Below are positions 11,444-25,025 of a stretch of 64,000 nt of DNA, in pieces. Location: positions 44,207,697 to 44,271,696 of the forward strand of contig NC_068985.1 in the NCBI RefSeq assembly GCF_001194135.2. The letters run 5' to 3'. The notes beneath the pieces are model-generated. The model ran no database searches. It was not told the DNA's origin and was given only the letters and a program-made list of their open reading frames with translations. The stretch is from Octopus bimaculoides. Lineage: Eukaryota. A program made the position numbers and the translations under genes. Within the stretch, counting starts at the first letter, position 1; every line of letters starts with the position of its first letter.

Positions 11444-12162
11444 TTAGTCTAGGTTAGGGTGTTGCACTCACAATCTAGTGATTCTAATTTCAATTCCTAG
11501 ACTGGGTGGTGCGTTGTGTTCTTGAGCAAAGTGCCTCATCTCTTATTGCTCAGTGATTACTCTGACACCTGATGAGTGGTACACTGTGCACCTGTTCAGA
11601 TAATGTTGATTTNNNNNNNNNNNNNNNNNNNNNNNNNNNNNNNNNNNNNNNNNNNNNNNNNNNNNNNNNNNNNNNNNNNNNNNNNNNNNNNNNNNNNNNN
11701 NNNNNNNNNNNNNNNNNNNNNNNNNNNNNNNNNNNNNNNNNNNNNNNNNNNNNNNNNNNNNNNNNNNNNNNNNNNNNNNNNNNNNNNNNNNNNNNNNNNN
11801 NNNNNNNNNNNNNNNNNNNNNNNNNNNNNNNNNNNNNNNNNNNNNNNNNNNNNNNNNNNNNNNNNNNNNNNNNNNNNNNNNNNNNNNNNNNNNNNNNNNN
11901 NNNNNNNNNNNNNNNNNNNNNNNNNNNNNNNNNNNNNNNNNNNNNNNNNNNNNNNNNNNNNNNNNNNNNNNNNNNNNNNNNNNNNNNNNNNNNNNNNNNN
12001 NNNNNNNNNNNNNNNNNNNNNNNNNNNNNNNNNNNNNNNNNNNNNNNNNNNNNNNNNNNNNNNNNNNNNNNNNNNNNNNNNNNNNNNNNNNNNNNNNNNN
12101 NNNNNNNNNNNNNNNNNNNNNNNNNNNNNNNNNNNNNNNNNNNNNNNNNNNNNNNNNNNNNN

Positions 12163-12288
12163 CAGGCGGTACTGGCAACGGCCACGCTCAAAATGGTGCA
12201 TCTCATGTGCCACCCGCACAAGAACCAGTCCAGGGGCACTGGCAACGATCTTACTTGGCTTGCCGGGTCTTCTCACGCACAGCCCATT

Positions 12289-12324
<36 letters not shown>

Positions 12325-12490
12325 TCATCATCATCATCGTTTAATGTCCGTTTTCCATGCTAGCATCAGTTGGACGATTTAACTGAAGACTGGTGAACCA
12401 GATGCCCACACCAGGCTCCAATCTGATTTGGCAGAGTTTCTACAGCTGGATGCCCTTCCTAACGTCAACCACTCCGAGAGTGTAGTGGGT
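12163..12490 (-). mobile_element. RTE LINE 3' end fragments
   Basis: Reverse complement of the same 3' UTR with (CAT)n at 12322-12338. Confidence 0.8.
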
Positions 12491-13449
12491 ACTGGCAATT
12501 TTAGGAGAGGGTGGTAAGTCTATTACATCGACCTCAGTGCTCAATGACTGGTTTTTGCCTTTGCATTTCTGCCTCTCACAGAGATTACTATCAAACAGTA
12601 GTAACTTGGAACTTAGACGAAGGAGTTCCAACTGCTGCAGCTGCTCCTGCTATACATGCGTGTATAAAGGCACAGGGGTGGCTGTGTGGTTAAGAAGTTT
12701 CCTGGTTTGGGTTCAGTCCCACTGCGTGACACTTTGGGTAAGTGATTTGCATCAAAGCTTTCGGCTGATCAAAGCCTTGTGAGTGGATTTGGTAGAATAA
12801 AACTGATGAGCCGGCAGAATAGTTTGCATGCTGGGCAAAATGCTTAGCAATATTTTGTTCATCTTCAAATTCCACCAAGGTTGATGTTGCCCTTTGTCCT
12901 TTTGGGGCTGCTAAAATAAGAACCAGTTGAGCACTGGGGTTGATGTCATTGACAAACACCGCTCCCCTGAACTGCGGATCTTGTGCTAAAATTTCAAACC
13001 ATTATTGTTAGCTGTGTGTGTGTGTGTGTGTGTGTATGTATGGCATGTTAAAAACAACCACCATGCACTGTAAAGTGGTTGGTGTTAGAAAGGGTATCCA
13101 ACTGTAGAAACCAAGTCAAATTTGAACCTGGTACAGCTTCCCAGCTCTGATCAAACCGTCCAACCCATGCCAGCATGGAAAACAGAATTAAAGGATGATG
13201 ATGATACATATACACAAATATATACAAACTCAATACATCTACATCACTCCCCTAATATATACATGTGTGTATATATAATCGACTGTTAGCCTCTGTTTGT
13301 ATTCTGTTTCTTTTCACTTTATCTCTGGCATGTCTCCCTGATTTGGAGAAAATTCTAGCTTTGGGTTCCGAAAAGTTCTCAGATATTTTTTCTTTAAACA
13401 ATCTCCTGGGAACTAAAAGCCCTCTCTGATGTCAAACACCCCTTTATTT

Positions 13450-13500
<51 letters not shown>

Positions 13501-14693
13501 CCATCCTGAAACTGATAGTTCAAGGTACTATTTAGACAAGAGACTCTTCTCTCTCTCTGCCCTCTTCCACCCATGTGTCTGTCTGTCTGATAGGCATGTC
13601 CTCACCTTATAATCTAAATAAATAAATGGAAGTGGATTGATAGCTTTTACAACAAATATGAATGAGAAACTTTGTGGAAAATCTATGGAATTAGCTGGTA
13701 GCGAGGGTTTGGTGTGGGAAGTGTAAGTGTTGTATGGGTGTGCGAAAAAAGCAATGTATATGCGCACACACGCGTGTGTGTGAAGTGTGTAGAGTACAAA
13801 TGTTTATAATGTTTTGCTTGTGCAGTATGAGTTGTGTAAGGTTTAAGAGTGCGGTGTGTATTATGTGTGTGGGTGTGTATATTTATGTCTGTGTAGTATG
13901 AAATGCATAAAAATGTGTGTTGTGTGTATGATGTATAACATGTGTGTATGTGTTTGTGACTTCTTTGAGTGGTGAGATGATTTAGAGTCTATTTCTCAGC
14001 ATATAGGCTAGAAAATTTCTTTCTAAGCCCTTATTATAATTATAAATACATACATATATAAAATATATGGACACAGAGGCTTCCACAGTTTCTATTGACC
14101 AAATTCACTCACAACTCATTGGTCAGCCCAGGACTACAACAAACTACATTTGCTCAAGATGCAGCACAGTTGGGACTGAACCTGAAACCTGCATCTGTTC
14201 ATAGTTTTCTCTAAATTAAGTATGAACATCATATAAGTTTAGTTTTTTTTTCTTTTTTTACCCTTTTTCTTATAAATTTAAATAAAATATGGAAAACAAA
14301 TGATAAAAAAAGATACAATAATAACAAACATAAACCAAACTGTACAAACACCATTTTCTAGAGACAGATGTCTACTGATAGAAACCTCAATCCCAAAATC
14401 TGAACACCTCTGTGTGTGCATATGTGTGTATGCAAACACAAACATACACACACACACACACATACATATATACACACATACATATATACACACATACATA
14501 TATACACACATACATACAGCTCCAAATGCAATTGAAGACGTTAGGTACAAATATTTATAAGTAGAGATTACAAGAATGTGAAAACTGAAAGAAAATACAA
14601 ACCAGACTGGACTGGTAGTAGTTGGAGTGGTAGTAGTTTAGGTAATAGTGTTGATAGTTATGGTTGAATTGATGGTAATAGTAATGATGGTTT

Positions 14694-14728
<35 letters not shown>

Positions 14729-14836
14729 TGGTGATAGTTTTAAATGATAAAAGCATACAAGAAGTAAACAAAGGCAGATACAAGAATAATAAATTCTAGC
14801 ACCAGACATATGTGTGTGTGTGTCAAATGCTAGAAT

Positions 14837-14895
<59 letters not shown>

Positions 14896-15244
14896 TAGTA
14901 GGTGTGTGTGTGCACATACATACATATAAAGGATTTGAGGGGTTTAGTTCACTGGTGATCTTAATGAATAGGTATGCTGAGTAAGTGCTACAATTGATCA
15001 TCTGTTAGGTTCCAAGTTCACAGCTGAAACAGGAACTAGGGATCCATATTAGGCTTCCATGTTAGCCAAGAGTGGATCTCAGATTGGAAGTTGAAAGCTC
15101 AAAGAAAAATAAATTAAGATAAAAACAGAAAAAAGATCTTACATATATGTTTCAGTTGTACCATCTAGTTGATGGGAATCTCCAAGCATATTGTTTAATG
15201 TCAGGAAGTTGCCATATTCAAGTTATATTGTAGTAGGACTTTGT

Positions 15245-16064
15245 CAGGTTTCTTACGTCAAAATTATGCAAAAATGAAAATAACATGGACATCTCATTTT
15301 AACAGATATATTTACCAAAATTACATAAAAATATCTTGAAATACTAAAGAGTAAATTCATTCAATAAAATCGCCACAGCCTCCAGACAACTTCGGAATCT
15401 CCTGCAACTCTTCTGGACAGTCTCCTTGTTTAAGTTGGTGAATGCTGTCATGATCCTTGCCTTCAGTTCATCTTTGGAGTTTTGTTGGTCTCTCACTCAA
15501 CTATGCCCCACACATAATAATCAAGGGGGTTGCAGTCTGGGGAGTTAGGTAGCCAAATGTAAGGGGTGATGTGCTTGCAGAAATTGTCTAACAGCCATGA
15601 CTGGGTTTTCCTGCTTGTGTGGCATGGTGCAGAGTCCTGTTGTCAGACATAGGGTCTTCCAGCAGCCACTCTCTTGACCCAGGGCAGCACTACCTCCTCC
15701 AGGCACTTGTTGAGTGTAAGGCCACGTGGGAAGATGAATGGAGGTATAACGTCACCATCACTAGTGATCACATCAAACACCATGATGTTGACAAAATGTT
15801 TTATCTTAATTACTCACAGTAAATGTTCTCAGATTGACACCCAAACACTCTGAAATGTTCATATTGGAGCTTCTGGCATGAATGCCAAGCAGTACAGCAT
15901 GTCATCTCCAAATTTCTGGCAGAGTGAATTGTGCCATGGTGCTGTTTTTCTCACAGACAGTGCCCAACTGCCCCTACTATACTGTGTAGTTGACAAAATC
16001 AAAAATAATGCACAAGCAATAAATTAAAAATAGAAAATGGCAATGATTTACCCATCGCACCCTG
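15245..16064 (-). mobile_element. Tc1/mariner DD37D (maT-type) transposon relic
   Basis: 15792 downward reads VNIMVFDVITSDGDVIPPFIFPRGL..KCLEEVVLPWVKRVAAGRPYV*QQDSAPCHTSRKTQSWLLDNFCKHITPYIWLPNSPDCNPLDYYVWG. Exactly 37 residues lie between QQD and PLD. Both ends begin cagg; the two ends match only weakly, so boundaries are approximate. Confidence 0.85.
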
Positions 16065-16164
16065 CATGTATATATATGTACACACACACACACACATATA
16101 TTAGTAGATGTGTGAGTGTATCTGTGCATGTGTATATGTATACATAAATTTAAATATATATATA

Positions 16165-16321
16165 TTGTTGTGTCTGGGAAGAGTGATTCTATTTTAATGC
16201 TTTATTAATTAACACACTACCGGTTCAATTCCCATTCATTTACTTATTTATTTTATATCAAACTGGTGAGTGTGTTAATTAATAAGGCATAAAACAGAAT
16301 GACTCTCCCCAGACACGACAA
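16165..16321. mobile_element. Short MITE / hairpin element
   Basis: ~57-bp inverted arms (16165-16221 and 16265-16321) around an AT-rich spacer. Confidence 0.8.
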
Positions 16322-16377
16322 AATATGCTTCAACACACGAATTCACACGGATCTTGCAAACCAAATACAAAAATGAA

Positions 16378-16427
<50 letters not shown>

Positions 16428-16762
16428 NNNNNNNNNNNNNNNNNNNNNNNNNNNNNNNNNNNNNNNNNNNNNNNNNNNNNNNNNNNNNNNNNNNNNNNNN
16501 NNNNNNNNNNNNNNNNNNNNNNNNNNNNNNNNNNNNNNNNNNNNNNNNNNNNNNNNNNNNNNNNNNNNNNNNNNNNNNNNNNNNNNNNNNNNNNNNNNNN
16601 NNNNNNNNNNNNNNNNNNNNNNNNNNNNNNNNNNNNNNNNNNNNNNNNNNNNNNNNNNNNNNNNNNNNNNNNNNNNNNNNNNNNNNNNNNNNNNNNNNNN
16701 NNNNNNNNNNNNNNNNNNNNNNNNNNNNNNNNNNNNNNNNNNNNNNNNNATACAAAAATGAA

Positions 16763-16818
<56 letters not shown>

Positions 16819-17264
16819 AATTCTAGCACCTGACACGCACACACACAACATATAGCTATGGTATATAATAAATATTACCTAGATTCTACATACATTTGTG
16901 ATACTATAATAAAAGGCACACGCGTGTATTGTCATCATCATCATTTAATGTCCATTTTCCATGTTGGCATGGGTTGGGTGGTTTGACCAGAACTGACAAG
17001 CTGGAGAGCTGTACCAAGTTCTGACACAGATGCTTTATATGTGGCACCAACATGAGTGCTCCGTATGTGGAACTGGCACGGGTGCTATGTACATGGCACA
17101 GGCATGAATGAACTTTATATGTGGATCAGCATGGGTGCTCTTTAAGTGGCCTGGTACAGGTGCTTTTTACTGAGAATGATGCCCCTAATGTGGCATCAGC
17201 ACAGGTGCTTCTCATGTAACATTGTCGTGGAGGTTCCTCATGCGATACCGGCTCTAGCATTCCT

Positions 17265-17488
17265 CACACAGCACCGGCACTGGTGTTTCTCACACAGCAC
17301 CGGCACTGGTGTTTCTCACACAGCACCGGCACTGGTGTTTCTCACACAGCACCGGCANNNNNNNNNNTGTTTCTCACACAGCACCGGCACTGGTGTTTCT
17401 CACACAGCACCGGCACTGGTGTTTCTCACACAGCACCGGCACTGGTGTTTCTCACACAGCACTGGCACTGGTGTTTCTCACACAGCAT
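17265..17488. repeat. 26-bp minisatellite (cacacagcaccggcactggtgtttct)n
   Basis: Seven full units plus partial units around a 10-N gap. Degenerate related units lie at 17035-17210. Confidence 0.95.
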
Positions 17489-17790
17489 TGATATGGGCAA
17501 CTTCTACATGGCACCAGCACATACATATAGCAAACATATTACTGATTCCATCAGTGTCTCTAAACAGTTTCATTTATGAAATAGCATTAGCAAATACTTG
17601 ACTGGACATCGGTACAAATGCAAGTGTGCAGCCTTGTGCCTGTGTCTTGTTTTCCTCAGCTATTTACTTTCTGTGTTCAAACTTCACTGAAGTTAACCTT
17701 GCTTTTTTCATCCTTTCAGGATTAATAAAAATAAAGTATAACTACTGGAGGCAATGGAACTGACTACACACCTACCCTTCGAATTGCAGG

Positions 17791-17836
<46 letters not shown>

Positions 17837-17976
17837 GTGTGTGNNNNNNNNNNTGTGTGTGTGTGTGTGTGCGTGTGTGTGTGCGTGTGAGTGTGTGTGT
17901 GTTCATGTGTATGTGTGTGCACACACATATATGTATCATTAACAGAAATGAATAGTTCTGAAAAGAATTACTACAT

Positions 17977-18155
17977 TAAAGATGAGTAACCACCTATTGT
18001 TGAACTAATTAAATAAAGGTAGGCTAGCTATCTATTGTTAGGCTACTTAAATATATAAAGGTGGGGTAGCTACCTATTATTTGGTTAGTTAAATTAAAAG
18101 TGGGCAGTTACCTATTGTTGAATCAGTTAAATAAAGGTAGAGTGGACAACTATTA
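17977..18155. repeat. Degenerate ~38-bp tandem repeat (4-5 units)
   Basis: taaaggt(g/a)gg...ctacctattgtt...ttaaa recurs every 37-42 bp. Confidence 0.6.
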
Positions 18156-18439
18156 CAGTAGTAGATAGATTAATAAAAATAGGTTGTCATTATTTGGAAG
18201 ATATGGTAAAAAAATTACAGGTAGAATGTTGAAGGGAAAAATATTTTATCATGTGACACAGATCTCATGTATAAACATTGTATGTAAATAAACATTGCAT
18301 ATGTATGTAAAGTGAGTGTATACATACTCATGTGTATGAGTTTATATATATATGTACATATGAATGTATGTATATATATATATATATGTATGTTTGTTTT
18401 TGTATGCATGTATGTATATGTATGTATATATATGAATAT

Positions 18440-18722
18440 ATGCCACCCGCCCTGGACTGGCTCTTGTGCGGGTGGCACATGGGATGCACCATTTTGAGCG
18501 TGGCCGTTGCCAGTACCGCCTGACTGGCACTCGTGCAGGTGACACATAAAAGCACCCACTACACTCTTGGAGTGGTTGGCGTTAGGAAGGGCATCCAGCT
18601 GTAGAAACTCTGCCAAATTAGATTGGAGCCTGGTGTTGCCATCCGGTTTCACCAGTCCTCAGTCAAATCGTCCAACCCATTCTAGCATGGAAAGCGGACG
18701 TTAAACGATGATGATGATGATG
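18440..18722 (+). mobile_element. RTE LINE 3' end, young copy
   Basis: Near-consensus 3' UTR ending ttaaacgatgatgatgatgat. Confidence 0.85.
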
Positions 18723-20774
18723 ATATGTACATATGTATGTATACGTATGCAAATAAACAAGTATTTTACTATTTTCAGAGATACTTCTCTCTTTATTTTC
18801 TGTCACATCTTTCATCCACCAACAACACCTGCTGCTTCCATACTCCTCCTCACACTCCCCATCACCCAGATAACACATAAATTGTTTAAGGCTACCAACA
18901 CTCAACTTCACAATGACCAACAATGAAACAAGTTCAAGAGACCACCTTTATGAAATATTCACATTGCATTAAGACAAAAGAGCAGCAAAAACACTGATCC
19001 ACCTGCTTCTTGTTTCCACTACAGTTCACGTCTCACTTTAATAATAATGCAATTTATTAAAGATTACAGACTAGCAGACTCCTTAGAGCACCAGAAAAAA
19101 TGACTTGTGGTCTTTACATTCTCAGTTCAAATCTCATGAAGGTCAAATTTACCTTTTATCTACCCAGGACAAATGAAATTAAATAACCATCAGCAACAAG
19201 GGTCTTCTTAATTAATGGATACTTGTGTCTCCTATACTTCTTCAGGCAAGATTACAGCTGTGAATCTTCAATAGATCTTATTAGTGCTCTTTGTACCTAA
19301 AACGTAATGTCCATAGAATTCTTGAGAGGAGTAATAACTCCAGCTATTATTATTATATACACCCCCTCCCCAAAAGAAACAGGTATAGTAACTACCGCAC
19401 ATGAAATTCTTGATTTATTAAAATTATCTTTGCCTCTGGAGGATGTATCATAATTACCAAATGGAAATTGAAACTAATTCCACTTGAGAAGGAAAGATAT
19501 TCTCAAGATTCAAGAATTCTCTATGGTTTACAGGCTATTAAAGAAAAGGACAAGCTTATTGTCTAGAGATAAGAAGTTGTGGACATATGTTTCTGTCTCA
19601 ATAGCTGTCATCAGGTAGCTAAGGGACTTAGAATGATATACTGTGGCAGTATCATAACAGAGTGAGGCGAAGGAGTGGGGGCAGACTTCCCCAGGCGATG
19701 TTTTTATTGAGGTGGCAGTTTTGAGTCTACTGTATAAGCCTGGATAGGCTTTTGGGAGCATAGGGAGGGAAAGAGGGCCAAACATCAGGGCTGCCCACAG
19801 TGACACATACTTTAGCTGCGTGGTTTAGAATTTTGCCTCACCACTGCATGGTTTTGGGATAGGTCCCATTGCACAGAACTTTGAGTGTTTTCTACTGTAT
19901 CTTTGAAATTCCAGATGTTTTGTGAGGTTAATTTGATAGATAGAAACAATATGGAAAAGTATCTGGCCACAATATCTTGCCTCAATAACCCTCACTTCAT
20001 CTAACCCAAGCTAGCATGAAAAAAATGCAAGTTAAACAAATGAATGAAGAAACACACTGATAGAACAATGCAACACAAATTGCACAATTTATGGGATATG
20101 TTGTATGTTAGTCACCATGCCTGATGTAAGGCAAGAGAAAAAGATGAAGAAAACTAAATAAACGAATAAAGACAGATAAATAAGTCAACTTGGAGTAGGT
20201 TAATTAAAGTTTTTGTTTCTTCAAAATACAAGAAAATATACAGCAGCCCAGGTACAAAGGTACAATATGAAGCATTAAGAGATTGTGATATAAAAAAAAA
20301 AATGTAATAAATTGGCCAGGTTGATATCAAGATGTAAGAAACAAATAGTTGTATATGTGTGAGCTAAAAAGCTGACATTAATTAGATCAGTAACACAATG
20401 TCTTCACCAGTTCAATATTGATTTGGGAATGATGTTTAACATTAATGGCATGCATACACATCGATCTATCTACACACACACACACACACACATATAAACA
20501 TACATGCACCACACATTTAAACACAGAAATCTCTCTCTCTTTCTATATATGTGTGTGTGTGTGTGTGTGTGTAATGATATGAGAGGTAATGGTATCCAGA
20601 AGATGGCCGGTAAAGCTATGTAAGTGTTATGGGAGGCTATGTAAGTGCTACTATTTCCCTCTAGTTAACTCTTTCATATTGTCTCTAATTTCCCAGAAAC
20701 AGCTGTACCTTTCTCTTTATAAATGTCCTATAAATTCCACACAGCCTTGGTTTTGTTGTCTCATTTTATTTAAC

Positions 20775-20811
<37 letters not shown>

Positions 20812-20827
20812 CATATATATACATACA

Positions 20828-20860
<33 letters not shown>

Positions 20861-20913
20861 GCATACATGTGTGTATATATATATGCATACATATGTATGT
20901 GTGTGTGTGTGTA

Positions 20914-20955
<42 letters not shown>

Positions 20956-21524
20956 TACATACATATATATGTGTGTATGTGTGTATATATAAATATATAT
21001 ATATATCTTTCACTCTTTTACTTGTTTCAGTCTTTTGACTGTGGCCATGCTGGAGCACCACCTTTAGTCGAGCAAATTGACCCCAGGACTTATTCTTTGG
21101 AAGCCTAGTACTTATTCTATCGGTCTTTTTTGCCGAACTGCTAAGGTACGGGGACATAAACACACTAGCATCAGTTGTCAAGCGATGTTGGGAGGNNNNN
21201 NNNNNNNNNNNNNNNNNNNNNNNNNNNNNNNNNNNNNNNNNNNNNNNNNNNNNNNNNNNNNNNNNNNNNNNNNNNNNNNNNNNNNNNNNNNNNNNNNNNN
21301 NNNNNNNNNNNNNNNNNNNNNNNNNNNNNNNNNNNNNNNNNNNNNNNNNNNNNNNNNNNNNNNNNNNNNNNNNNNNNNNNNNNNNNNNNNNNNNNNNNNN
21401 NNNNNNNNNNNNNNNNNNNNNNNNNNNNNNNNNNNNNNNNNNNNNNNNNNNNNNNNNNNNNNNNNNNNNNNNNNNNNNNNNNNNNNNNNNNNNNNNNNNN
21501 NNNNNNNNNNNNNNNNNNNNNNNT

Positions 21525-21710
21525 CATCATCATCATCATCGTTTAACGTCCGCTTTCCATGCTAGCATGGGTTGGACGATTTGACTGAGGACTGGTGAAA
21601 CCGGATGGCAACACCAGCCTCCAATCTAATTTGGCAGAGTTTCTACAGCTGGATGCCCTTCCTAACGCCAACCACTCCGAGAGTGTAGTGGGTGCTTTTA
21701 CGTGTCACAC
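21525..21710 (-). mobile_element. RTE LINE 3' end
   Basis: (CAT)n-gtttaacgtccgctttccatgctagcatggg. Confidence 0.85.
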
Positions 21711-21837
21711 ACACAAACCAGCGTCAACAGATGTTGGCCTATATGTGTATATGTATGATGTCTTTCTATCACTGATGCTGGAATGTCAAAGTACTTCTCA
21801 TTCTGAGATTTCTGCTTCCCTGCATCTAAGATTGTCC

Positions 21838-21870
<33 letters not shown>

Positions 21871-22309
21871 ACGTTGTTTGTTCATTCTTCTGTTTTACAC
21901 CTGTTCTTTCTTCACTGCCATAGAATGAACAGGTAGTTATTTGGGGCAGAATTTTTACAACCAGATGCTCTTTTTGTTGCCAACTCTTTCTTGTTTTCCA
22001 AATACAGTAGCTTTTATTCCACTACTTTGAAAATTCAAAGCTACAGAATGGAATGTTCACTGAAAATGGAACTGTTTTGTTTTTATTTATTCATTTTTTT
22101 GTTTGATTTCACTCAGATGATCTTGTAAAGTGAGAAACGACAACATTTGTGCAGATGTGCATCTGTACTTTTCTTCTTTCTCTCTCATAAAACTGGCCTC
22201 CATACATTTACTATTTACCAACTTCTCTCATAAGGCACTGGTCAACTAGAGCCTATAGCAGTAAACAGTTTCACCTACAACAAGTGTCTTCCAAGAATGT
22301 ATGTACATG

Positions 22310-22540
22310 GCGGCGAGCTGGCAGAAACGTTAGCACGCCAGGCGAAATGCTTAGCGGTATTTCGTCTGCCGCTACATTCTGAGTTCAAATTCCGCCGAGG
22401 TCGACTTTGCCTTTCATCCTTTCGGGGTCGATTAAATAAGTACCAGTTACGCACTGGGGGGTCGATATAATCTACTTAATCCGTTTGCCTGTCCTTGTTT
22501 GTCCCCTCCGTGTGTAGCCCCTTGTGGACAGTAAAGAAAT
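22310..22540 (+). mobile_element. Young full-length OR-type tRNA SINE with 17-bp TSD
   Basis: CpG-rich intact copy. aagaatgtatgtacatg is duplicated exactly at 22293-22309 and 22541-22557. Confidence 0.92.
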
Positions 22541-22707
22541 AAGAATGTATGTACATGTGTGTGTGTTGGAAACAGGAGAGCTATCCAACTGGACAAAGAA
22601 AAAACTACTTCAGAAGCTTGTCCAACCTGTATCAGTACATAAAAATGAATGTAAAACAATGGTATACATACACATTCCTTATGTTTCGCAACTTGAAGGA
22701 AAACTTA

Positions 22708-22751
<44 letters not shown>

Positions 22752-22859
22752 CACATGTGTGTGTGGGTGTGTTCTGGTACATTTATGAGGTACCTCAGTA
22801 TTCTCCCTCCCTGCAATCTATCATACAACTAAAACACAAGACACTCTTTTTGTTTAATG

Positions 22860-23496
22860 TTCAACCCTTTAACATTTCAACCAACCATATGTGGCCAAAA
22901 TATTCTACCTGCTTTATCTTCAAACAGACCAGATCTGGCCTCTCACACCTATCCTACAAAGTCATTCTAAAAATTAACAATCACATCATCAAAATTTTGA
23001 AGCTGTAAGGTAATTTATGATTGATTCAAATCAATGTAAACAAATAAGCATTACATGAACACTGACAAAGAAATTATCACACAGGCTAAATGGCTGCTAC
23101 GCAAAGATGCTATGAATGACCTAAAATGTGAAATGGCAGCAACATGTGGCAAACGACTACCTTTACAGAAACCTGCCGAAAGTCAGTGAGAAGATCAGGC
23201 AAAGATGGCTGCAACTATCTGGTCACTGCATGCACCACTCGGAACTGGGAAGTGTTCAAATTAGTCTTGTGGAAGCCACTTCATGGTGATGTAAGAAAAG
23301 GAAAATGTTGTCACACATCAACAGCTTGATGGCAGATACTGGCCCGGAATGTATTCAGGACCTTGGGACAGTGGTGTTAGACTGAGAAGTATGGCAGGTG
23401 GACTTTGTTGCTGTGGTCTGGGTTGGAACCTGGCCATAATAATAATAAAAAAAAAGCATTACATTTGACAAAGTAATCTGAATGCTGAAGAGTTAA
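22860..23496. mobile_element. TTAA-ended (piggyBac-like) MITE interrupted by an RTE insertion
   Basis: Ends ttcaaccctttaacatt / gaatgctgaagagttaa are degenerate inverted repeats. Confidence 0.55.
23057..23453 (+). mobile_element. 5'-truncated RTE-clade LINE (second family, (TAA)n tail) with 11-bp TSD
   Basis: Translates NVKWQQHVANDYLYRNLPKVSEKIRQRWLQLSGHC (RTE RT C-terminus). aagcattacat occurs at 23046-23056 and 23454-23464. Confidence 0.8.
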
Positions 23497-24339
23497 AAAC
23501 CACTTGGCTCTTTCTGAACTGTTCTTGGCTTTCTACACAGGTTTCTGGGATAGATTGACACACACATTGAATGTCCTAGCTGATAACGTGGAATCTTAAT
23601 CATGGCCAATCATGGTTGGCCAGACAGTTATGGCCAAGACATCCCCTTCAAATCTGTTTACTATCTTAAGAAAACAGAAGGAAATATTTGATAATGCAAT
23701 CCTAGATGCACTATAATTAGAGGAAAGACTGGATACTCATGACTAGAACACCCTTTAATCATAGGTTAGCTTTATCAGGCGGTCAAATAACAAGAACATT
23801 CTTCAAAAAATCACAGGCCTCCATTGACCTACCACAACCTGGTATTCTCTTCGTCATCAATTACTGTAGTTAAATAAGCAAATGAAAGAGAATCTGTATG
23901 TAGTTGCTTAATTTCCCTCAAATCACTGCATCACCACTAAGAAAAAAAAAGACGATGCTATCCTCATTATACAAAAAGGCAGGACAGTCACGGCTGGAAT
24001 TCCATTGATCATAGATCTATTGGATTCAGGACTGACCTGGGTTAATGGCAATAGCTTGCAGTAAATTTCAATAACCATCACCATCTTTATCAATAATCAA
24101 TTCCTGCCAATTCATTCAATAGCCAATCACTTCCTCACATAATCAGTTGTTATCCTGTTTCGCAACTTCAAATTAAACTTCCACTAAATCATTCTCAGCC
24201 AGTTCCTGCAAAGTTATTACACAATTTCAGTATTCATTGCCTGCTTATATTTCATCTCTGTCTCCTGTTATATAACTGGCATGTGTATCAATACATCTAT
24301 TCTTCTCTGTAGTATAACACACACTTATTCTATACATAC

Positions 24340-24412
<73 letters not shown>

Positions 24413-25025
24413 AGACTTTATATATCAGTATATAAGTGGAGTTTATATGATACTGATGATGATGATGATGATGTATATAATTATACAAATACATGTATAC
24501 TATGTTGTTATGTATATATATCATGTATTTGATAAGTCCACTGGTTCAAACAATTTTTCATAATACACACATACACACACACATAAACACAATTATACAA
24601 TATACAATATATATAATTATATTAAGGTATGAAATATATATGCTCTCACTGGTTTCAACCAGTAGGCTATGGCTAAGCTACACTGTTTCATTATTATATA
24701 ACTGACATGTCCATCAATATAAATTATTTTTCATTGAGAGAGAGAGAGAGAGAAAATTAATTCCCTTATCCCCAACAAAGATATCAATTTCCAAAGTTCT
24801 TCCATAAGAATTTCTTTTCTTTCTGATTAGCAAGAATGGTGAGACAACCATATCTCTAGCTGGTATCTCTATTGCAGACACTATAATAAAGATACAACTA
24901 ATTCTTTGAAATATTCAACTTCTAGTTACCATCAGAGATATTCATTCATTGTGGTTGCCTTTAATGGCAACTATCTCATTAGTTTCCTGACTTGTAAGAC
25001 TCCTGGCCCGGAACATGAAGAAATG

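Noticed and set aside
12582-12660. Plus-strand exon after a strong pyrimidine tract (DYYQTVVTWNLDEGVP...)
   Set aside because: No good donor, two frames open, and sandwiched between SINEs.
16360-16805. Duplicated atacaaaaatgaagtgtgtgtg(ta)n on both sides of a gap
   Set aside because: Most likely overlapping contig ends (assembly artefact).
17265-17488. CRISPR-like hairpin repeats
   Set aside because: Units are head-to-tail with no unique spacers, in a eukaryotic context, with no cas genes.
19581-19616. Hammerhead-like CTGATGA...GAA-ACATATGT-C on the minus strand
   Set aside because: Core and palindromic helix III are present, but neither helix I nor helix II can pair.
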